Shown: in pieces, positions 58,510 through 64,000 of the stretch
How the letters are laid out: each line of letters begins with the position of its first letter
Numbering within the stretch: the stretch's first letter is position 1
Origin: Elusimicrobiaceae bacterium
GTDB lineage: Bacteria; Elusimicrobiota; Elusimicrobia; Elusimicrobiales; Elusimicrobiaceae
Length of the DNA stretch: 64,000 nt
NCBI GenBank assembly: GCA_045606825.1
Contig: JAZUSQ010000021.1
Span: forward strand, 86,706 to 150,705
Direction: 5' to 3'
The notes under the pieces: generated by a model
Databases searched by the model: none
What the model was told of the DNA's origin: nothing
What the model saw: the letters and a program-made list of their open reading frames with translations, nothing else
Made by a program: the position numbers and the translations under genes

Positions 58510-59637
58510 TTATTTAATTTGACACGCCATGTTTTCACGTGAAAACTTTTGCGTGTTTACTACATGTTGATAAAGTTGTTGATACTGTTGGGAACTATTC
58601 GCTGAATGGGAAGATATAGAAAGATTTTTCTCCCCCATTTGTTGCCGTAAAGGCGCATTTTCATATAATTCCGTTAACAAACAACTTAGTAGTGTCTCGT
58701 CTTTTGCACTGCATACAAATCCATTTTGCCCGTGTTTTATAATAGAAGGCATATCCCCTACGGCACTTACCACACAAGGCAATCCCACTTGTTGGGCTTC
58801 CAGCAAGGCTAGCGGCAGGGATTCTTCCCGTGAAACGAGCACAAACACATCTGCCATATTTAGCCACGCATTGATATCGGTTTGATATCCGGCCAAAAGT
58901 ACTTTCTCTGTTAAGTTATGGGCTATGACTAATTTTTCTAAATTTTGCTTTTCTTCCCCATCCCCCACTAAAACCAATTTGGCATGCGGACAATGGGATT
59001 CCATACGCGCAAAAGCACGTAAAAGGGCGGCCTGGTTCTTGATTTTGGCAAACCGCGCTACGCAAATATAGACTACATCTGTATCGGAAAAGTTTTTTTC
59101 GTGGCGTAGGCGCGATTTTAGAAAATTATCCTTAAAAAATAAAGATTTTTTTATACTATTGGGCACCAACACCGTTTTTTCTTTTGCGTAACCCTGTTTT
59201 TCCAACAAAAACTGATAAGTACTAACCGATTCCGCACACGAAACCGTATCCATATTTTTTAAAGCCTTATCCAAGGCACGCATCCAAAACGGTTTTTTGG
59301 ATAAATCAAAATGCGGGGTTGTAATCAATTTGATATTACGGCCGGCACAGGCCAGGCGCGTAAATTCTATGGCACGGAAAAGTAGGGCGTGAACGATATC
59401 CGGACGGAAGGTTTCCAGTTCGCGTACGATCTTAGAAACAATTCCTAGCCCTGCGCCTTTCATCTGTAGTGAAACTACTTCTGCACCCGCCGCGCGCAAC
59501 GCCTGCGCCACCGGCCCAAGCGGTTTTAAACAGACTACGCGCACGCTATGACGGGGGCAAACCTCTTGCACAAGGGACAGCAAGGCGTTTTCCGCCCCGC
59601 CTACGTCGGTAGTAGTGATTACATACATCAGTTTCAT
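58510..59637 (-). CDS. GT4-family glycosyltransferase
   Basis: GGAE, VARFAKIKNQ, SREESLPLALLEA (E-X7-E). Confidence 0.9.
   Translation of the reverse strand: MKLMYVITTTDVGGAENALLSLVQEVCPRHSVRVVCLKPLGPVAQALRAAGAEVVSLQMKGAGLGIVSKIVRELETFRPDIVHALLFRAIEFTRLACAGRNIKLITTPHFDLSKKPFWMRALDKALKNMDTVSCAESVSTYQFLLEKQGYAKEKTVLVPNSIKKSLFFKDNFLKSRLRHEKNFSDTDVVYICVARFAKIKNQAALLRAFARMESHCPHAKLVLVGDGEEKQNLEKLVIAHNLTEKVLLAGYQTDINAWLNMADVFVLVSREESLPLALLEAQQVGLPCVVSAVGDMPSIIKHGQNGFVCSAKDETLLSCLLTELYENAPLRQQMGEKNLSISSHSANSSQQYQQLYQHVVNTQKFSRENMACQIK
58531..58546. promoter_or_regulatory. parS-like site 3 (inside the glycosyltransferase 3' end)
   Basis: GTTTTCACGTGAAAAC. Confidence 0.82.
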
Positions 59638-59700
59638 TGCTATTATTATAGCAAGTTTTTCTCATTGACGGCGTACATACAATTTTGTACCGTAAATTGT

Positions 59701-60015
59701 ATGCGAAAAATACTTCTTTTAACAGTAATTTGTACGTATATAGCCGGATGCGGCCTATACGGAACTACAAAATATAATGTGGATCTCAACGCACAACAGG
59801 TAGATTTATCCCACACAGAAGACATCAAAAAAGCCTCTTCGTGCTCGTTTTTACTGCTGGGGTTTATCCCATGGCCGTGGCATAAACACAAAACGCCCGG
59901 CACGTTATTTGAAGCCATGCAACAGGCTGAAATTAACCACATTGTATGGATAGACAGCACGTATGACTACAAATTTACCTACGCCAATAAATGCCAAAAC
60001 GCGTATGGGTATTAA
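59701..60015 (+). CDS. Small lipoprotein (TRL-like)
   Basis: MRKILLLTVICTYIAGC lipobox; ends CQNAYGY. Confidence 0.65.
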   Translation: MRKILLLTVICTYIAGCGLYGTTKYNVDLNAQQVDLSHTEDIKKASSCSFLLLGFIPWPWHKHKTPGTLFEAMQQAEINHIVWIDSTYDYKFTYANKCQNAYGY

Positions 60016-60168
60016 AAAGTATTAAAAAAATCCCCAGTTTTTGGCTAGGGATTTTTTAGTTATGAGTTTATTTATAATAGTTCTACCCGCATATGAGAAC
60101 TCCTAAGTATCTACTCGACAGGTCTTATTTTGCAGCGCATTTTTACTACGTGTCAAGACAATACAAGT

Positions 60169-60660
60169 TTATTTTATTTCACAATGATTACTGCCACATA
60201 GTGTAGTACATGTGGTATCGGAAAAGTTGGTACAGGTTATATTTCCTGTATCTACATTTTGAGCCAAGTAATAGGGCATATCACCATCTGCCATGACCCG
60301 GTTTGCAATCATAACTCTTACTCCATTGAAACCGAAACTCCAATCTTTTGTGTTTAGACACAAATCATCGTCTAGACAATCATTACTCCAAGTTCCAGGG
60401 ATACTAATATCGGATGATACAAATAAATTAGAAGTAGCATCTGTATCAAGACATTGGCTGGCCTGCTTTCCATATTGCAATTCACATAATTGAAAAGATT
60501 TTGTCATGGCATTGAGTATTGTTTTTGCCTCCGTTAATCTACTTTTTTCCACGGCTTTTTGATATTGTGGCAATGCTACCGCAGCCAAAATACCGATAAT
60601 CAGCACGACAACTAATAATTCTATAAGCGTGAAACCCCGCCGGGTATTTCTTTTTTGCAT
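60169..60660 (-). CDS. Type IV pilin (PilE-like) #10
   Basis: [37 protein letters not shown]. Confidence 0.93.
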   Translation of the reverse strand: MQKRNTRRGFTLIELLVVVLIIGILAAVALPQYQKAVEKSRLTEAKTILNAMTKSFQLCELQYGKQASQCLDTDATSNLFVSSDISIPGTWSNDCLDDDLCLNTKDWSFGFNGVRVMIANRVMADGDMPYYLAQNVDTGNITCTNFSDTTCTTLCGSNHCEIK

Positions 60661-60923
60661 AAGGCACATCCTCCTAATTTTGATTTTCACAATTCATCTG
60701 GTTCGGATTTGCACGTAAAAACGGCTCCTTGCTTCGTAAATCATCAAACCCACGAAACAAACAGCCGTAGTCATTCATTTTTTCAAATGAAAAACATTCA
60801 GCATACAAAGATGGCCGTCCTTGTATGCTTTTAATCGGCTGCTTTTGGTTTGATGATTGCTGTATTGACAGCGGTGCCTTTCGGCTTCCAAAAACAGATT
60901 CAAATTGTACTGATAGTATAATA
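60661..60923 (-). ncRNA. Conserved structured pilin 5' leader, copy L9
   Basis: TTATTATACTATCAGTACAATTTGAATCTGTTTTTGGAAGCCGAAAGGC...CCAAAAGCAGCCGA...CTACGGCTGTT...GAGCCGTTTTT...CAGATGAATTGT. Confidence 0.72.
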
Positions 60924-60958
60924 AAAAATGAGGAATTTTACCAGGGGAAAAGGGAAAG

Positions 60959-61212
60959 AGATCTCGTATCAAGTGTGAAATAACACTTTATAAACAAGGT
61001 AGAGATCCTGAGCAAAGACACCCCAGCATGACGGAAGGGGATGAAACCATGGGTTGTTTTATGTAGGTTGGGTGTAAACCCAGCGGCCTGTTTGTCCTTT
61101 TTAGGCAATGTCAGGTTTACACCTGACCTACATTCTTTCCCCGCAAGGGGGACAGAAAAAAACACCCCCTCACCTGCCCAAACGGGCATCTTCTCCCTCC
61201 AGGGGAGAGGGA
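60959..61212. repeat. Mosaic cluster of REP-like palindromes
   Basis: GATCTCGTATCAAGT, AGATCCTGAGCAAAGACACCCCAGCATGAC, GTAGGTTGGGTGTAAACCCA, CCCCTCACC...CTCCCTCCAGGGGAGAGGG. Confidence 0.65.
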
Positions 61213-61276
61213 AATAAGTTCCCCCTCTTTTCTGAGGGGGAACTGTTGTTTTGAATATGCAATTTCGTGTCCGTTA

Positions 61277-61438
61277 TTACTCGGCAGCTTTGAATTGGTC
61301 CTTACCTACGCCACACACCGGGCATACCCAATCTTCTTTTACATTTTCCCACGCTGTGCCAGCCGGGATCCCGTTGGCCGGATCACCGATGGCCGGGTCA
61401 TACACATAACCACACACTTCACATACATATTTCACCAT
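61277..61438 (-). CDS. Rubredoxin
   Basis: Manual translation [53 protein letters not shown]; not in the ORF track. Confidence 0.97.
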   Translation of the reverse strand: MVKYVCEVCGYVYDPAIGDPANGIPAGTAWENVKEDWVCPVCGVGKDQFKAAE

Positions 61439-61447
61439 ATTTTTCTC

Positions 61448-61957
61448 CTATAAATGAGTTGCCCCCGCAGGGGTTTTGCCTTTAATAACCGTATGATAAT
61501 ATTCATACGTTAAAGGGATGCCTTGCGGCTTAAAAATCTGTGCATCCGTTACGTTGCCAATAAACAACGTGTGCGTGCCTACGTCTACCGTCTGTGTTAC
61601 TTGTACACCTATGCACGAAAGCGTATGTTCTTGCACCACCGGGCAGCCGTTAGCGGCCTTTGTAAAGGGTACCTTGGCAAATTTGTCAAAATTGCGTCCC
61701 GTGCGAAAACCAAAGTTTCCTAAAAATACCAAGGGCGTTTGCTCTTCCAGCGGCATTACGTTAATTACCCGGCTTTCTTCTATGATTGCGTGCGTAAAAC
61801 TGTTTTTACATACGCATACCGCCAATTTGGCAGGGTCGGCCGATACTTGGAACACTGTATTTACAATCAGGCCATTGTTTGTTTTCCCGTCAAAAGAAGT
61901 AACCAAATATAGCCCGTAAGACAGAAAATTCAAACTTTGGCAAATACAGACATCCAT
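61448..61957 (-). CDS. Flavin reductase-like protein (flavoredoxin)
   Basis: SYGLYLVTS, FGFRTGRNFDKF, VGTHTLFIG. Confidence 0.88.
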   Translation of the reverse strand: MDVCICQSLNFLSYGLYLVTSFDGKTNNGLIVNTVFQVSADPAKLAVCVCKNSFTHAIIEESRVINVMPLEEQTPLVFLGNFGFRTGRNFDKFAKVPFTKAANGCPVVQEHTLSCIGVQVTQTVDVGTHTLFIGNVTDAQIFKPQGIPLTYEYYHTVIKGKTPAGATHL

Positions 61958-63150
61958 TAACCTAATTTCTCCCGCAGTTTTTGGCTGACTAGTTTACCCA
62001 ATGCTTCACATTCGTGCAATTTGGCCCCGTCGGGTACAAACAAACTTTTTACCGCCGGGGAAACAATTTCCACATTCATTTCTTCCAACATCTTCGTTAC
62101 ACTGTCAACCGGGGCACCGTTCCAGCCATACGAACCAAACGCGGCCCCGATTAAATTCTTGGGCTTTAGTCCTTTGATATAGCATAACACGTCGGCCATG
62201 GCCGGGAAAATGTTGCTATTTAATACCGGCGTACCCACCAAAAAAGCCCCTGCATCTAACAGTTCCGTAATGACATCACTACGGTGGCAAGCGTGCATAG
62301 AGAACAGTTGCACGGTCGTTCCTCCTTGGCGCAGTCCGTCAGCAATTGCACGGGCCATTTTATCGGTACTGCCCCACATGCTGTCATAGACAATAACAGC
62401 CTTATTCGTCGGTTTCTGGGCGGCAAATTGGGCATACAAACGGATAATTTTGGCCGGGTCTTTGCGCCAAATAAATCCGTGGTCCGGCGCAATGAGTTTG
62501 GGGTGTAACCCCATTTGATCTACTTGGCCTAAAAACCGCGTAACAATATCCGAATAAGGCAGTACAATGTTGGCATAGTATTTGCGGGCTTCTTGTTGCC
62601 AGATTTGTTCGTCATTCTCGTCGTCAAAGAGTTTAGAAGTGGCCAAATGCATACCAAAAACGTCGTTGGTAAACAGAATATTTTCTTTTTCCAAATAGGC
62701 CAACATACTATCCGGCCAGTGGAGCATGCGTGCCTCTACAAAAGAAAGAGTATCCCCCCCTACGTCAATTTTATCCCCGGTTTTGACGGATTTAATGTCA
62801 AAAGAAGGGTGCAACTGGGCCATTAAATTTTTTACACCCATGGCAGAGGCATATATTTCTGACGGTTTAAAATCAGCTACGGCCTGACACAACGCACCGG
62901 AATGATCCATCTCCGCATGATTGGAAATGATAATCTCAATGTTAGCCGGGTCTATTACTGTTTGAATACGGGCCAGCATTTCCGGGTAGAATTCTTTTTT
63001 TACTGTGTCAATGAGGGTGGGTTTTTCACTTAAAATTAAGTAAGCATTATAGGTAGTGCCGCGGTGGGTGGCATACCCATGAAAATCCCGCAAATTCCAA
63101 TCAATCGCACCTACCCAATATACTTTGTCAGAAATTTGAACTGCTTGCAT
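61957..63150 (-). CDS. fprA: Flavodiiron protein (FprA-type)
   Basis: GTTYNAYL, NHAEMDHSG, HWPDSM, APDHG; flavodoxin domain YDSMWGST; ATG 63150 follows AGGAG. Confidence 0.95.
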   Translation of the reverse strand: MQAVQISDKVYWVGAIDWNLRDFHGYATHRGTTYNAYLILSEKPTLIDTVKKEFYPEMLARIQTVIDPANIEIIISNHAEMDHSGALCQAVADFKPSEIYASAMGVKNLMAQLHPSFDIKSVKTGDKIDVGGDTLSFVEARMLHWPDSMLAYLEKENILFTNDVFGMHLATSKLFDDENDEQIWQQEARKYYANIVLPYSDIVTRFLGQVDQMGLHPKLIAPDHGFIWRKDPAKIIRLYAQFAAQKPTNKAVIVYDSMWGSTDKMARAIADGLRQGGTTVQLFSMHACHRSDVITELLDAGAFLVGTPVLNSNIFPAMADVLCYIKGLKPKNLIGAAFGSYGWNGAPVDSVTKMLEEMNVEIVSPAVKSLFVPDGAKLHECEALGKLVSQKLREKLG

Positions 63151-63205
63151 AGCAACTCCTTGTTCGGATTTTCCCCCGCTTAGGCGGGGGATTTTATACA
63201 TTATA

Positions 63206-63592
63206 TTATTTTTTACTCTGCCATAACCCGTGCAAATTACAATATTCCCGGGCTGTTACATCATCCGAACATGTTTTAAAGGTGGCTTGCGGGGCATCCC
63301 CGGGTTTTAGATAGGCGCGCTGTACCATCCCACATTGATTGCAAATGACTTCAATAAATTCAATATAATGCTCCGGTAACGAGGGATGTGCTACAGAACC
63401 TACTTTAACCTTATACCCCCCTTCTATTTTTTCCAATACCGGCACATGTTTTTCGGCGGCACCGTCTGTTTCCCCGGCTTTCAGTAATTTCATGGGTTGG
63501 CCGCAACATACCAACTGTCCGGCGGAAGCATGTACTACTTCCACGACATTACCACATACACTGCATTTGTAAATTTCATGAAGATTGGTCAT
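63206..63592 (-). CDS. dfx: Desulfoferrodoxin (class I superoxide reductase)
   Basis: CSVCGN...[24 protein letters not shown]. Confidence 0.96.
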   Translation of the reverse strand: MTNLHEIYKCSVCGNVVEVVHASAGQLVCCGQPMKLLKAGETDGAAEKHVPVLEKIEGGYKVKVGSVAHPSLPEHYIEFIEVICNQCGMVQRAYLKPGDAPQATFKTCSDDVTAREYCNLHGLWQSKK

Positions 63593-63773
63593 ATAACCCC
63601 CTTGTACTGTTTGTTTTCATTATTATAGCACACGTTGTAAAGAATTAAAGCCAAACTAATCAATTTTTTTCGTAATCAAATGTTATATTATTTAAGTACC
63701 CCCCTATTTATTTTAAGTTTTAAGCGTTTTTATGTGTGTTTTTGCTCATTTAATCCCTATTTTAAATATCTAA

Positions 63774-63803
63774 TTGACCCACCCCGGCAAAAAGTAGTAT
63801 GAT
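63774..63803 (+). promoter_or_regulatory. Putative dnaA promoter
   Basis: TTGACC-N18-TATGAT. Confidence 0.55.
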
Positions 63804-63833
63804 AAGAGAAATAGTTGTAAAAGGACAGATACG

Positions 63834-64000
63834 GTGGACCACACTCAACTTTCCCCTTCTTTAATTCCTATTTTTGAGGAAGTGGAACAAATTATTGGAA
63901 AAGAAACGTACGATTTATGGTTTAAACCGGCCGGGTTTGTACTAAACGGTACGGTCCTTACTGTTTCCACTCCAAATGCCATTTGGAATAAGACGTTGCA
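63834..64000 (+). CDS. dnaA: Chromosomal replication initiator DnaA, 5' part (truncated by the window edge)
   Basis: GTG 63834 after AAGGA; MDHTQLSPSLIPIFEEVEQIIGKETYDLWFKP...LTVSTPNAIWNKTL matches the DnaA domain I pattern (YxxWFxP...PN); adjacent to parAB/parS. Confidence 0.75.
   Translation, partial: MDHTQLSPSLIPIFEEVEQIIGKETYDLWFKPAGFVLNGTVLTVSTPNAIWNKTL

Noticed and set aside
8343-60923. Pilin leaders as T-box riboswitches (TGGAACCG motif)
   Set aside because: The motif lies at the 5' end instead of in a 3' antiterminator bulge. There is no specifier stem or AGTA/GNTG box, and the downstream genes are not amino-acid related.
8343-60923. Pilin cassettes as integron cassettes, a shufflon, a retron or a DGR
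   Set aside because: No attC (RYYYAAC...GTTRRRY) boundaries, no invertase, integrase or reverse transcriptase in the window, and no template/variable repeat pair differing at adenines.
63593-63833. oriC between dfx and dnaA
   Set aside because: The region is AT-rich, but I found no convincing TTATCCACA-type DnaA boxes. oriC may lie downstream of dnaA, outside the window.

Overview
Bacterial chromosomal segment. The very dense, dispersed PilE-like pilin family and the gene inventory suggest Elusimicrobiota (Elusimicrobiaceae-like gut lineage); this is inference. The window runs from a 3'-truncated comEC to the 5' end of dnaA. It probably lies next to the replication origin: parA/parB and three parS palindromes sit about 6 kb from dnaA, and most housekeeping genes are on the minus strand. 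The backbone is ordinary: recR, dnaX, glyA, obgE-rpmA-rplU, dnaJ, mnmA, tuf-rpmG-secE-nusG-rplKA, dapA-asd-dapB, murC/D/E, uvrB, hrcA-grpE-dnaK, an [FeFe]-hydrogenase, a dfx-fprA-flavoredoxin-rubredoxin oxygen-defence cluster and six tRNAs. The striking layer is ten stand-alone type IV pilin genes at operon junctions. Nine are preceded by a shared, covarying ~260-285 nt structured leader that has a closing stem and a possible anti-antiterminator/antiterminator/terminator switch. The tenth has a different, GEMM-I (cyclic dinucleotide)-like leader with a terminator. Four pilins carry in-frame palindromic REP/RPE-like insertions in the cleavable prepilin leader peptide. A MITE-like element sits after two different tRNAs, each time followed by a duplicate of that tRNA's 3' end. 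Nothing was run computationally; RNA structures were paired by eye.
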